Shown here in pieces: positions 31,256 through 51,342 of a stretch of 64,000 bases of DNA. The stretch lies in NCBI RefSeq assembly GCF_009914755.1, contig NC_060938.1. The stretch is one strand, 5' to 3'. The notes beneath the pieces are model-generated. The model searched no databases and was not told where the DNA came from. It was given only the letters and a program-made list of their open reading frames with translations. Position 1 is the stretch's first letter; every line of letters starts with the position of its first letter. Source of the DNA: the human T2T-CHM13v2.0 reference genome, Homo sapiens. Both the position numbers and the translations under genes were made by a program.

Positions 31256-33974
31256 TAGGGAACCCATTTATTGGCTAATTGAGTTGCCTTTCTGTAGTTG
31301 GAGTTTTGGGTGGTTACCTAAAGAATTGGCAGATGAAAACAAAAATAAACAGCCCTATTAATAAGGAAGGACGGGAGTGAATGTTCAATTAGAAATCAAT
31401 AGTGTGAACTATATGCTGCTTTATCCCAGTGGAGAAGACAGAAATTTCAGCCATGGAGGCAAGTCATAGGGAGGGATAGTCTGGCTAGTTTCATCAGTCT
31501 TTAAATCAATCACTTCATTTACTCTTGTAATGGGAAAGATTTGCTCTGGCTTTTTAATGAGTAGGTATAGAGTTTGTTTAAGGAGCTGGCTCAAAAGTGA
31601 CTTAAAACACATTGAATTTGAAAATATAGATTCTTAGCTACTCAGGAGGCTGAGGCAAGAGTACAGCTTGAGGCCAGGAGTTCAAGACGAGCCTTGGCAA
31701 CATTCTGCGACCTTGTCTCTAAAAAATAAAAATGAAAATATAGACTTTTTTTCCCTATATTTCATTTTTGTAGTTATTGTCAATGGTGTGTCAAGTTGGC
31801 TAGATTTATAGTTTTAGAACTGACGAACAACTAAAACTTACCTAGTCCAACCCTTTTATTTTACAAATGAGAAAACTGAGGCCCAGATGGGTAAAATGAT
31901 TATCTCAAGGTCACCCCTTCTTGCTCTTGGCAATAACAATGCTGCCCTTTGGATGACTTCCTGGAAAATCGGATCCTGTAAGTGAAATGTAGCTAGAGCA
32001 ACAATTATAAAACAACGAGAACAATTAACAATTATTCAGAATGCTTCCATGGCTGACAGTCAGTTGGTACACGTTGGTAGAGATAGAAAAATTTCTAAAC
32101 TATTTGGTAAGTAGCTTATGCTAAGCCTTCTGAGTGCCTCAACCCCTTGCTGGAACTCCACAGATCTCCCCACCGTAATAACAGGATCCACCTCAAAGGT
32201 TTGATTTGAGAATTAAATGGTGGAGGTAAAGAGTTTTGCATGAGGCCTGGTGCTCAGCACTATTACACTTTGGCTATTATTTTTATTACAGTCATAATAA
32301 AATGGTAGTAAATTTCAAACCAGTTTCTACATGAATGTTCACAACTTAGGAAATGTGATAGCATTCACGTTCATTAACTTTGATCTAGCTAATCTCTCAA
32401 TAAAATGGCCACTCATGTACTCACTTTAACTTTCATTTTGATCTTTTCCATAGTCTAAGGGTTGACTCCTTCTTGCCCCGGGACACCCGAGTCCCCATAG
32501 CTCTAGCTGATGGTTAAGAATTTGACCGAGGCTATATACAAGAAAACAATGCACTGACAAGGCCCTGTTACTTGTTGTATAACAGATCATAACGATTGTT
32601 CTGTCTAATCTTTTGTTGAACAGAACTTGTCTTTAACTTTTGGGATAAGCAAAGATGGGTCCAAAACCTAGTTTGGTGAGGGAGGGGTGGAGTAAGAGGT
32701 GGAGTACCTGTACTTACTTAAGCAACTATTACAAACTGGCAGTGATGAGCAGCAGAGGCAAGCAGTTGGGAGAAGAGAATGAGAGAGCGCAGCAACAGGG
32801 TGGGACCTGCAGCTTGTGGAAAAATGCTTTTGACACAGATACTTTCTGATGGCCAGTGATGTTTAGAACCTTTTGGGGGATTCCTTCTCTCTCAGAATTT
32901 AACCTGGCAAGAGAACGACTGAGTTCTAGGAATTTTCTTGTCTGGAGAGAGTAAAATAAATGTATTTTTTAAAAGCTGGGACTGTTATCCACACTGAGAA
33001 GAGGCAGGGTATAAAATTCCCTTTCATAAGTGAATTTCCTGGAAATTCATGATTGGCTTGGAACTTAATGTGTAAAGACTTGTTCTCAAATATCAGTTGT
33101 TTGACAGAGACCTCCAGTTTTGGGATGGCAGCTAAATCCTGAGCCTGCCTTGGAAAGGGTTTTGATAATAATGTTCCATCACAGGTGGAGAAGCACATTG
33201 ATTCAACAAAGCAGACTTCAAAACCACTGAAGAATTAGTTTCTGAGTGTATTCAAGAGATACCAAAGTTATTTGTTATTTTAACGTATATTATACTGTTC
33301 TATACAAATGCACCAAATCCTGGGCAAAACATTCCTAGGACAGGTTTTTTTTTTTTTTTTTTCAGTTGGAAGGAGGTAGGGAAAATAAGTGCTTTAATTC
33401 CTAGGATTTTGGAAGTAAAAATGGAACACCAGACAAAAATGGAATTTTTAGGCAAATGTAAAGCTTTGTACTTGGGTATCTCAAAGTATTATACAGTGTA
33501 AACTATCATGATTATTAACCAACTAGAAGTAGTTCTTTTTTTTAAATTTTATTTTTAATTTTAGACATGAGGGTCTTGCTATGTTGCCCAGGCTGAAGTG
33601 GCTACTGACAGGCACGATGTGGCACTGCAGCCTGGAACTCTTGGGCTTAAGTGATCCTTCCTGCTTCTTCTATCTTAAAAAAAAAAAGTTACGCTTGCTT
33701 GTTAAAATATTTTTAAAATGCTGTGTTTAAACTAAGAAGTAAATATCCACCCCACCTCTGACTTCTAAAAATTATCTAAAGTATGACTGGTAAGATTTTT
33801 ACCTTTAATCCCACATAAGTCTAAAATTTGTGTTCATTTCCAACAACCAAAGTGTGTCACTTTTATACCAGAATTTTGTCCTGCTTATACGTTTAGTACA
33901 GAAATCTCATGGGAGAGAGCATCCATGCATTTACAAATTGTTATTGAATTATTTTATTGAATGATGACACCCAA

Positions 33975-34290
33975 ACTGAGCTAGAACATAATTCTGGCTC
34001 TGCTAGTACATCTTCTGTGTGATCTTGGACAAGTCACTCTACTTTCCTTTCAATTTTCTTTTCTCACAGGGAGATAATCATAAAAACGACTGTAAAGTAC
34101 AGCACTTCATAGAGTGCTTTTTGTTTAAAGAGCTGACAATAAATACGAGTCTCAAGGTCTAGGAAAGCCTCCCTCACAACCTGAGCTGCTTGAGGACAAG
34201 GGATTTTCTTTTGAATCAGCAGTACCTTATTTGTGTATCTGTGATAGAGTTCCTGGTACATAAGGTCTCAATAAATATGTGAATTTATGA
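33975..34290 (+). mobile_element. MIR plus L2 3'-end fragments
   Basis: tgtgtgatcttggacaagtcact; cctggtacataaggtctcaataaatatgtgaa. Confidence 0.65.
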
Positions 34291-34554
34291 ATATTAGGCA
34301 GATTGCAACCTTGACAGGCCACTGCCTCTTAAATCTCCTTTCTGTGATCTTTTAATATTTAACATCTAAAAGGCCGCCGCTACTTGCTTTGGGATAAGTA
34401 TCCCCGGTATGTACTTTAAAATGCCCAAGCCTAGAGAAATGGTTCTTGTCTTAAGGGCACCATTTCGCTCTCCCACCGTAAAGCGCCCCAGGCTTGGGAT
34501 CTGGGTCCCAAGGCTACAGGGAAGAGTTTGGAACGGGAAGCTCATCTTCCGGCC

Positions 34555-34607
34555 CTCTGATTGGCCGGCTCGCACTCCACTCACGCGGCGCGCAGCTCTG
34601 ATTGGCC
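34555..34607 (-). promoter_or_regulatory. Tandem inverted CCAAT (NF-Y) boxes
   Basis: CTCTGATTGGCC exactly repeated at 34555-34566 and 34596-34607. Confidence 0.75.
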
Positions 34608-35441
34608 TCGGCGGCACCCCTCGTCCCGCGACTACTTTGTGTGCTGGGGCGGCGCGCTCCGGTCCTCCCGCTCAGCTGGCGGTCTGGGCTGCTCTGGGGC
34701 AGCCCTTCGGTCCACTGCTCTGCATCGCGGGCGCCGGGAATTTTCCGAGTCCGAGCGGGTAGGACGCATCCTAGGGCAAAGCCTCTCCCCTCTCCCCGTG
34801 CTGTTCTCTTTCCCGTACTAAATAAACTTCCGCCTCAGAGGGGCTGTCGCAGCTGCGGGTCGGGAGAGGCCGGGCATCGAACTCAGGCCCTCGTGGGGGG
34901 GGTCTTTCTCTTCGAGTGAATGTGGAAACAGCTCTTACAAGATAAAGTAGGGCTTCGCTGAGTCTCCTGGGGGAGCGATGCCATTGTAGGATCGCGCTGG
35001 AAGCAGCAGTCAAGCGGCCAAATGCGGGCTGCAGGGGCTGAGCAGCAGCAGCGCGCACCCCTAAAAGTAGCAAGGAGCCAGCTTCAAAACCTCTAGTGCG
35101 GGTGCCCCCTAGGGCCGCCGACTGAGCTGGCACGGGCCGGTCCATTCCCGGCGCTGTAGGGAGCACAGCATTCTCTGGAGGCGAGTCTCCTCCCGGGATC
35201 CAGGATCCGCTCGCGCCCCGCTCAGCCTCCGGCCTTCAGGCGGTAGAGGGCGGCCTACGCCTGTGTGCGAGCCGGAGCCGGCGTGCGCAGCCGCTGCCCT
35301 GCTGGAACTGTGCCGTCCCGCTGTGGCCCGCGGCTCTGCTAGGCGGTGGATGCTGCTGCTACGCTCTCCACCGGCGCAGCGAGGAAGGGGGCGGGGAGAA
35401 GCCCTGGCACATGCCAGGGTCGCCGTAGGTGGCAGCGGCCG

Positions 35442-35451
35442 GCGCATGCGC
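35442..35451. promoter_or_regulatory. NRF1 palindromic site
   Basis: GCGCATGCGC perfect match within the CpG island. Confidence 0.7.
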
Positions 35452-35714
35452 GCCCTCTCCCAGAAGCCAGGAACGCCGAGGGGCGCGCTCCCCCATTCGC
35501 GCGCGCACGCCGGCGCTGGCCGAGGCTTCCCCGCCTGCGCTCGTTGTCAGAGCCGCTCCGGCGCGTGCGCGCGTTATCTCCGGCCGACCCGAGCAGCCGG
35601 TTCCCTCCTCTCCAGGCCCCCTCCCCATCCCACCCCCGCCGCCTGGCCCCAGCCGACCCGTCCCTTCGTCTCCCCGCGGAATGGGGCCGGCACTGCTCAG
35701 GGTCGCGCGCCCTG

Positions 35715-35979
35715 GACCCAGCTCGCTCTCGGTCTCGCGCTGTCAGCGACTGCCCGGCTCGCGCCGCCTCGCGCTCTGCCTCAGTCAGTGGCGCCGAAGG
35801 CTCCGTTAAGCGGCGGCGGCGGTTCCTGTTTCCGTTTCTTCCTCTCCGTTCGGTCGGGAGTAGCATCCTCCACTCAGCCACCCTTCCCACTCCCCCATCG
35901 TGGGGCAGCTGCGGCTGAGGGCTGTGGCTTTGGCAGCTGCGACGGGGAGCGGCGGAGACCGCCTCTGCTCCCGCCTGGG
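35715..35979 (+). other. FUT8: FUT8 major non-coding first exon (5'UTR); TSS approximate
   Basis: Matches recalled FUT8 mRNA 5'UTR (...gcggagaccgcctctgctcccgcctggg); canonical donor GGG|GTAAGG at 35979/35980. The recalled next exon is not in the window. Confidence 0.8.
35823..35842 (-). promoter_or_regulatory. Clustered ETS-type cores
   Basis: ttcctgtttccgtttcttcc = three GGAA cores on the - strand. Confidence 0.4.
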
Positions 35980-36304
35980 GTAAGGGGGCGTTTTGGGAGC
36001 CGGGCCCCGCGCGCCTCGGGGTCTTGGGCTGGGCTGCGCGCGGGATCTGAGGAGGCTCCGCGGCTGTCCCTGCTCGTTCACCCGGGCCTGTTGCTGCAAC
36101 TGCTGCCGGTTAACCAGCGGCTCTCGGAAAAGTGGGGAGGGAGCCCCCGGGACGCTCTGGCGGATGCCTTGGCGCAGCCCCGGGGGCGCGGGCAGAGGGT
36201 GAGGGGCGCCCGCCTCTCCAGCCGGGACGCGGAGCTGCGCCGCTGCTGCCCTCGGCGTCGCGCATCCTTGCCTAGGGCAGGGGCCAAAGCCTAGGGAAGG
36301 AGAA

Positions 36305-36324
36305 GGGTTGGGGGCGGGGGTGGG
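36305..36324 (+). other. G-quadruplex motif at the 5' end of intron 1
   Basis: GGGTTGGGGGCGGGGGTGGG: four G-tracts with 1-2 nt loops. Confidence 0.6.
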
Positions 36325-39080
36325 AGGTGTCCGTCGTTTCCCCTCCACACCTACCTTCCCTTCGTCAGCAGCTCGGTCCCTGGAGTCGCGGTTTGTGGGG
36401 AGGAAGATGCCCGTGCGTTATGGGCTCTTTCTGAGTGCTGCTCGGGCTAGAAAGCAGGGAGTGGACCCTCACAAAGATCCGCGAGGGACTGATGCAGGGC
36501 AGTTAAAGGCTTGAGTGCAGCTGTACTCCCTTTTGATGTGCAAATGACGAGCTGGCGGCTTTTGAGTATCAACTTATTTGGGAAGGTTAAATGAGTCCAT
36601 ATTTATCAGTTCTAGGAGGTTTGTCCTGCAGGATTGAGTGGGTTGTCGGGTGCAGCACCTGTTCTTTATTCACAGTGGGGATTGCAATCTTCAGAGACGC
36701 AGTGTATTTCTTAAGTGGCAGTGTCATGCTTAGGGTTTGTCCCGGATGAGCTTTTATTTTAGCATTTTGCCATATAATATATAGATTGAGGCCTTGGTTA
36801 AAGGCACGGACAGGTGGTGTTTTTTTCCTTCCTATGTTTTAATTATTCACAGTTTATTTAAACCCACTCAGGAAGGTGGACCCAGAAAAGCCAAATTCTG
36901 TAGTACATAACCCCAAATTTCAAGGTTTTGCGGAACAAATTCAACACAAGTTTTGTGTCAGTTTAGAGTTAAACGCATCTCAAGTAGCTGACTTAACTGG
37001 CTTGCCTCTATGAAAACTGTAGGCAGGTTTCATTATAGATTTTTTTTTTCTTGTTATTCCGGCGGTTAGGTGCATGTTTATTTTCTTGATTAAATTTACA
37101 TTCTATGTTTTATGACTAATTCTTTAAATAGGTGCATCATATAGAAAGTATTTTAGGAGAGAAATTATTATTTAAGCACTACAGTATATCAGATATATGA
37201 GAAATAATGGAGTTGTAGTCTCTGCTCTTTAAAATAACTGTAAAAACATCTTAAAACCCTATGCCAAATAATAAGGCCCTGTACCTTGCTGTCCTTGTGA
37301 AATCTGGTATGTGTATAGAAAATCTTAATTACTTGATTTGTAAATACTACAGTAGTATTGAAAAGGTGGGAATTCAAGCATTTGTAATTGTGATTTCACA
37401 GGTTTAGTGTGTAAAAAATGCAGGGAGTTAGAGATGAATAGGCTATAAGACACGTACAAAGGTAGTTCCAAGACATGGATTTTCTTTTTGCTGCCTTATA
37501 AATTGAGAATTCTATTTGAATTCAAGAGCTGAACAGCTGGAATGAAACTTGCATAGATTGCAGAAACAGATGCAAAAATGTATCTTTGGTCAAGTTGTGA
37601 GTTAACTTGAAGAGTGTCTTGTGTAATAGGATAGTGATTCAAAATAATTTCCATAAAGTACGGCCTTATATAGGTTATATTTTGAGGATATTTTTGAATT
37701 TAAAAAGTCACCTGAAGTTGTTTTCCTACAAATCAGTTCTGTTTAAGATGTATGGAATCGAAAAAAACAAAACAAAACTAATTCTGATTACATCCTGCAT
37801 TGTTTTGTTGCAAATTCTTACCAGTTATTTTTACGCAATTGGAGTGTCCTTAAAAGTGGTGAATCTTAAAATTTGCCAGTGGATTGGAAAAAACTGTTAA
37901 CTTATTATTTTTAAAAATGCTGTTATATTAGTACATTGGTCTGGAGGGGGAGCTAGTGCCAAAGCAAAGTATAGCTTAATAGCTGTTTGAACTTTTAAAA
38001 CACCCAAAACCAGATTTTTATGACCAAAAGAAACATAAATTTTTAATTAAAAGAGTAGGAAATTGATGTGGGCATATATATGTACATAGTTATTTGTGGA
38101 GTGAATATATTGTGTATTACAAATTAGTTTAAAAAAGTCTTTTCATGCGCTGCAATAATGGAAAGCTAAATGCTTAAAGATTTATTGGATTTCTCACTTA
38201 AAAATCTCTAAAATGTACCCCCAAACTTAGAGTATGTTATAGTATTTTCTTAACCTTCTTGTCCTGTTCATCAGAATCTAAGGCATGTATTCTTGACCCA
38301 TTGTACATGTTGTGTGTTCTTAAATTTTGTTTTTATAATAGCTACAATCCTAAAATTTCAAAAACGAAGCTTCAAGTAGAATCTTATATGGGCGAAGGTA
38401 TTAATTGTGTGGTAAGCTAGGTATTTATCAAAAGTAGATATAATTCCTTTTTTTTTTTTTTTTAAAGTAGAGATAATTCCAATAAAAAAATGGACCTTTT
38501 AGACATCTGGAGAACAATATCCCCAGGTCACTTAACCCTTATCTCCTGCAGTATAATGCAGTGCGTCCAGCTGATCTACCAAATTGAATGTGTGCCTTTG
38601 AATACGAAGCAGTTGTTTTGTGGCCTGTGGCATTTCATTTAGGTTTCTAAGCTGTAATAAATTAGTATGTTAATTTACTTCTTTCCATTCACATATTCTT
38701 TAAATCCAAGCCTAGAAACTGATAGTTATATGTATATTAAAATCATTGGAATATTGGTTTTTTTGCAGATAGTGTTTGGGCTGTTTATTATCCATAGCTC
38801 TTCATTATGTAAATAGAATCTCAATGCTGATAAAGTAAATAGATTCTTCCATTTCATTAATGGTTATTTTTGATTTATGATAAACTGCATTTAATAAATC
38901 TCTTGATTTAGTTAAATGGTGGATACATCATTTCATATTATAGCAAATTGATAAATATAAAAGAAAGTTTTACAATCATAAGAGTAAATATTTAAAAAAA
39001 CTTGAATAAGTTACTTTACTAAACATAAAATTAAGATTTTTAAACAACTCTGAAACTAAAAGTATTACTATTATGGTACC

Positions 39081-40002
<922 letters not shown>

Positions 40003-41616
40003 GTTGTAAGATTTTTAAAAAATGGATTAGTTTCAAATCTCAACTTCTCTTTCTTTCAACATTCTAATCTCCTGGCATTTTTTCCTTTCCCCAGCTACCC
40101 CCCATCATCCAACAGTCTTCCATTTGGAATAATGGGAAATCAAACCAATAAAGTTAATCTTACCTCCCACCAGGCAAAGGTTTTTCTTAATCTCTACAAT
40201 ATTCTGAACATAAAACCCATATAAACTTTATATGATACTACACATTTTCCTTTTAACAGAGGAAGAGCAAATGGGACCTATGGAATTATGCCGTATTTGT
40301 CAATATAAGGGTTACTTTTGTACTCTTACTGAAAGCAGAGTTATAGGGCTAATTTCATTTAAATTTTCTTACCCATCTACTTTAAAAAAATACCTCTTTG
40401 TGGTAGTCTTTTTTTTGGTCAGAAAATGACAATGTGAAGGAGAAATACGTTTTGAATTTATAAATCTTCTTTTAATTAACAAATTATACCAATATAAGGG
40501 TAGTGTTAATGTGGTTCAAATTTGCCTTTGCTATTCTGCCTTTTCTTCTATAGTGATTGTATAGTTATACTATAACTTCTTCATCGAAGCACTGGAATAA
40601 AAGAAAAACTTTTAAAGATCACTACGAAATGCTCACTGTATTTGTTGTATTTTATAACTTGGGTTTTTAAAATTTATTTTTCCATAAACTGAATAAATAT
40701 GAAAACGAACTTGAAAGATCTTGTCACAGCCTTGATGACTGGTCAGTATAAAGTTCACATTATAAAATAATAAAACATTGATAATAATCTTAGATGAAAA
40801 TGGAAAATTAAGCTAATGTTTATTTTAGAACCTGAGTAATGAGTTTATATCATGTAGCAATGAGGCACATGAAGACGGTTAGAATTAGTTTTTCTAATGA
40901 ATAAACTTCATGATATAAACTTGAAAGTGCATAAATGCTATAACTTTCTGATTGTAAACTTGAACAAAAGTAAAATGAAAATGGGAGAGTCCTCTTAATT
41001 ACCTTTAACGTATAACTAAAATGAACCTGTGTATCTGTCTAAGTCTTATTTGATCAAGACTTTCAATGGACAATGAATGAGTTTTAAGTTTTTATCAATG
41101 TTGTGACTGATTTTTCTATAATATCCCTTAAATGAGATATCAAATTCTAATAATATCTAGAACCAGATTAAATTTGGTTAGAGTATAAACAATATTTACA
41201 AACCATCAAAACTATAATAAAAGCATTGTAATGTTATTTAATGACTTAAGCCAACATTCCATAAGCTAATCTAAGCATTTTTACAATTAATACAATTGAT
41301 AGTAATATCTTAATTAGTGGTAAAGTGGACAGATATAATTTATAGATTCTGTATTGTCTGGGACCTTGGGGCAGTCAGTGAAGAGAGGGAGATAGAGAGA
41401 GGAGCATACTGGTTGATGAGCTTGCCTTATTTGGAGATGAAGGAGATTTATTCAGTTTTTCTCTTTCCCTCTACTTACTTCTCCTTGTTTGTCATCCTCT
41501 TCTAGCAATGGTAAGAAATGCGGGAATTGACCATCTTTACAGTATACTTTTTTCCTTAGAGTTCATAGAACATTTCCAGGTAAAACATTAGCTTTTATGT
41601 TATAATAGGTTTATTA

Positions 41617-42060
<444 letters not shown>

Positions 42061-43033
42061 CTAACCTTCATGTGCCTCATTACTGTAATGTAAAAAAAAA
42101 AACTATGTTCATTGAAGAGAACTAACATATTAAACTAAAAATGAAGCACAGTGTTCTCCACTCATGGGAGTACTGTTAGCAGGTTTAAGACAGTTACTGT
42201 GAGAAGTTCACAAGGTGAAAGTGTCTTTGATAATTAGGGCCTAATCAATTGGGATTTGACTTACTCAATTTCTCCAACACATGGAATTGTACTGGTACCT
42301 GAAGGAGAAAAATATATAATAGAAGTTGTATTAGTTTTTATGTCTTGAGCTCTCTGAATAACTACTTGATTCATTCAGTTGCCAAATGTCAAAAGATTGT
42401 AATTTTGAGAAAGTTGATTCTTTACAATTAGAACTAAGCCAGGGTAAACAATTTGCTTTCTTTTTCTAAGTTTTAGGTTTTTCTTTCTCTCTTAGGAAGT
42501 TTAGTGAAACTCTAGGGGTTAGGCAGGTTGTAACTGAAATTCTTGAGGCCAAAAGGTCCTGTCTTATGCTTGGTAAACCGACCCCCTCAACAGCGTGAGA
42601 AATGTAGATGTACTGATAACCCTGATTGCTTCGTGACATAATTACAGACATCCAGCCCTCTATCAACTAAAATTCCGTTTATTTTTAAGGTTCAAATATT
42701 AGAAGTATCTGCTTGATACATCTCATAGGTTGTCAAGTGTGCATACGATGAGAGATATAATGTTACTTTTAATTTGTAAGTAAACAAACACACAATATTA
42801 TGTTCTCAATGCTGAGTAAGCTGAAAAGATGTATACCTACTGAGGATGCACCAAATAATAAGCAACAGAAACCTGGTAATGTGCAATTAGGAATAGTTCC
42901 TCTTAATAATAATAAAAAAAAGATTAGTGTTTAGGTTTTAATGGCATAAAGATGTAATGAAAATAAAATTACCAAAGAAGTCTATTTTGGAGAAATTTTT
43001 GTCAGACTAGATAACAAAGAAAAGAACACATCC

Positions 43034-43180
43034 TTTTTTTATTTTTATTTTTTATTTTATTTTAGAGATGAGGTCTTGCTCTGTTGCCCAGGCTGGTGTT
43101 GAATTCCTAGGCTCAAGTGGTCCTCCTCCCTTGGCCTCCCAAAATGCTGGGATTACAGGTGTGAGCCACCAAACTTGGCC
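43034..43180 (-). mobile_element. FLAM_C-like monomer
   Basis: TSD agaacacatcct. Confidence 0.88.
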
Positions 43181-43455
43181 AGAACACATCCTCTATATGA
43201 CTGTCTACAGAGGCTTAGAGTAGTACAGAAGTACCTGAAAGGAAATAATGATAAATAATGAAAATGTTTTAATAGGGATCATGTGTTCATTTCTACATGT
43301 ATATCAGTATAGTACCTATCGTTTGCTGTTTCTGCTTGTAAATGCACGGTTGGAAAATAAGATACCCAACCTTTGGAAATTATTCAGGGAAGTGCATCTA
43401 AAGTTTAGAGAAAAGTTGGTTTCTTCATATTTTAATGACACTTTTCAGCACGTAT

Positions 43456-48765
<5,310 letters not shown>

Positions 48766-49055
48766 TTAGCAGATTTAGTGTGTACAATAAATATTATTAA
48801 CTGTGGTCACCATGCTGTACGTTAGATCTCTCGAACTTACTCATCCTGAATAACCCTTTGGCCAACATCTCCCCATTTCCTCCTCACCCCAGCCCTTGGC
48901 AACCACCATTCTGTTCTCTGCTTCTATGAGTTCACCTTTTTTAGATTCCATATATAAGTAAGATCATGTAGTACGTGTATTTGTCTTTTTCTGCCAGTCC
49001 TATTTTACTTAGCCTAATGTCCTTCGGGTTCATCCATGTTATTTGCAGATAACAG

Positions 49056-49953
<898 letters not shown>

Positions 49954-51034
49954 TTATCCATTGGTGGACGCTTACGTTGACTCCATATCTTAGCTATATG
50001 AATAATGCTTTCATGAACATTGGAGTGCAGATACCTCCTTGACATACTGATTTCATTTCCTTTGGATGTATACCCATAAGTGGAATTGGTGGAGCATATG
50101 GTAGTTCTATTTTTAATATTTTGAGGAACCTCCACACTGTTCTTTTATAATGGCTGTCTCAATTTACATTCCCACCAACAGTGTACAAGATTCCCTTTTC
50201 TCCACATCCTCATCTTTTGTCTTTATGTGAATAGCCATTCTAACAGGCGTGAGGTGATACAGAATTGTGGTTTTGATTTGCATTTTTGTGATGGTTCATC
50301 AGTATTTTTTCATATACCAATTGGCCATTTATATGTCTTCTTTTGAGAAATGTCTATTTAGGTCTGTAGCCCATTTTTTAATTGCATTATTTGTTTTCTT
50401 GCTATTGAGTTGAGTTCCTTATATACCGAATTCCTTCTTAGTAATTTTAAAAATAGCATTATTAAGGTATAATTTATATACCATAACATTCATAGTTCAA
50501 GTTCTAGTAAATTTATATAGTTGTGCAACAATTATCACAATCCAGTTTTAGAAAACTTTCATCTTCCAAAAAACCCATTCTTGTCCATTTGCAGTCACTC
50601 CCTGTGCCTATCCCCAGCTCCAGGCAACCACTGATCTGCTTTTTGTCTCCATGGTTTTGCCATTTCTTGATTTTTAATATTAATGGAATCATACAATAGT
50701 GTAGTCTTTTGTGTACTCCTCCTTTCATTTAGCATGATTCTGTTTAGTAATGGGAATGAATGGATAAAGTACAAAAGCTTTGAACTTGGAATCAGGAGAC
50801 TTGGATACTAGTAGTGTGTGCCACCAAATATATAAACATGGTTAACCACTTGTCCCCTCTCGGCCTCTGCTTTTTCTTCCATAAAATGAATTATTTTGAC
50901 TTTCTTATATCCCACTTTTCACAGCTGGGTAGACATTCACTGACCTTTTCTTAAAAGGTACATTAACTCTTCCTCTTAAATGTAGCCACTGTGTGTGTGT
51001 GTGTCTTTTTCTGGATCAAAAAAATGAGGCTTAT

Positions 51035-51342
51035 GTCAGCTATGGTCTGAATGTCTCTTCAGAATTCTTACGTTGAGACCTAACCTTCACTTTGATGGTT
51101 TTAAGAGGTGGGGCCTTTGGGAGGTACCTACGTCATGAGCGCAGAGCTCTCAGGAATGGGATTAGTGTCTTTACTATTAAAGAGGCCTGAGGGAGCTTGA
51201 ACCCCCACTTTCTGCCATCACCAGACACCAAACCTTGATCTTGCACTTCCTAGCCTCCAGAACTGTAAGCAATAAATTTCTGTCATTTATAAGTTACCCA
51301 GTCTAAGGTATTTTGTTATAGCACCCCAAACGGACTAAGACA
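51035..51342 (+). mobile_element. MLT1A/MSTD-like LTR
   Basis: gctatggtctgaatg...aataaatttctg...ggactaagaca. Confidence 0.8.

Larger units (their letters stand above)
33890..34758 (+). other. FUT8: FUT8 alternative upstream non-coding first exon (5' end uncertain; may start ~34620)
   Basis: Recalled FUT8 variant 5'UTR ends ...ttttccgagtccgagcgg; donor CGG|GTAGGA at 34758/34759; twin CCAAT boxes at 34555-34607. Confidence 0.7.
33580..35600 (-). ncRNA. FUT8-AS1: Probable FUT8-AS1 antisense lncRNA (boundaries approximate, from recall)
   Basis: Prior knowledge of a ~2 kb antisense RNA at the FUT8 promoter; symmetric CpG-island promoter; ends cannot be derived from sequence alone. Confidence 0.5.
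34540..36490. promoter_or_regulatory. FUT8: CpG island / bidirectional promoter of FUT8
   Basis: Abrupt switch to very GC- and CpG-rich sequence, with CCAAT, NRF1, ETS and GC-box motifs and two splice donors. Confidence 0.93.

Noticed and set aside
34771-36348. Long overlapping ORFs in the CpG island (343, 190, 183, 180 aa)
   Set aside because: Arg/Ala/Pro/Gly-rich, present in most frames on both strands, and several cross the splice donor; explained by stop-codon scarcity in GC-rich DNA
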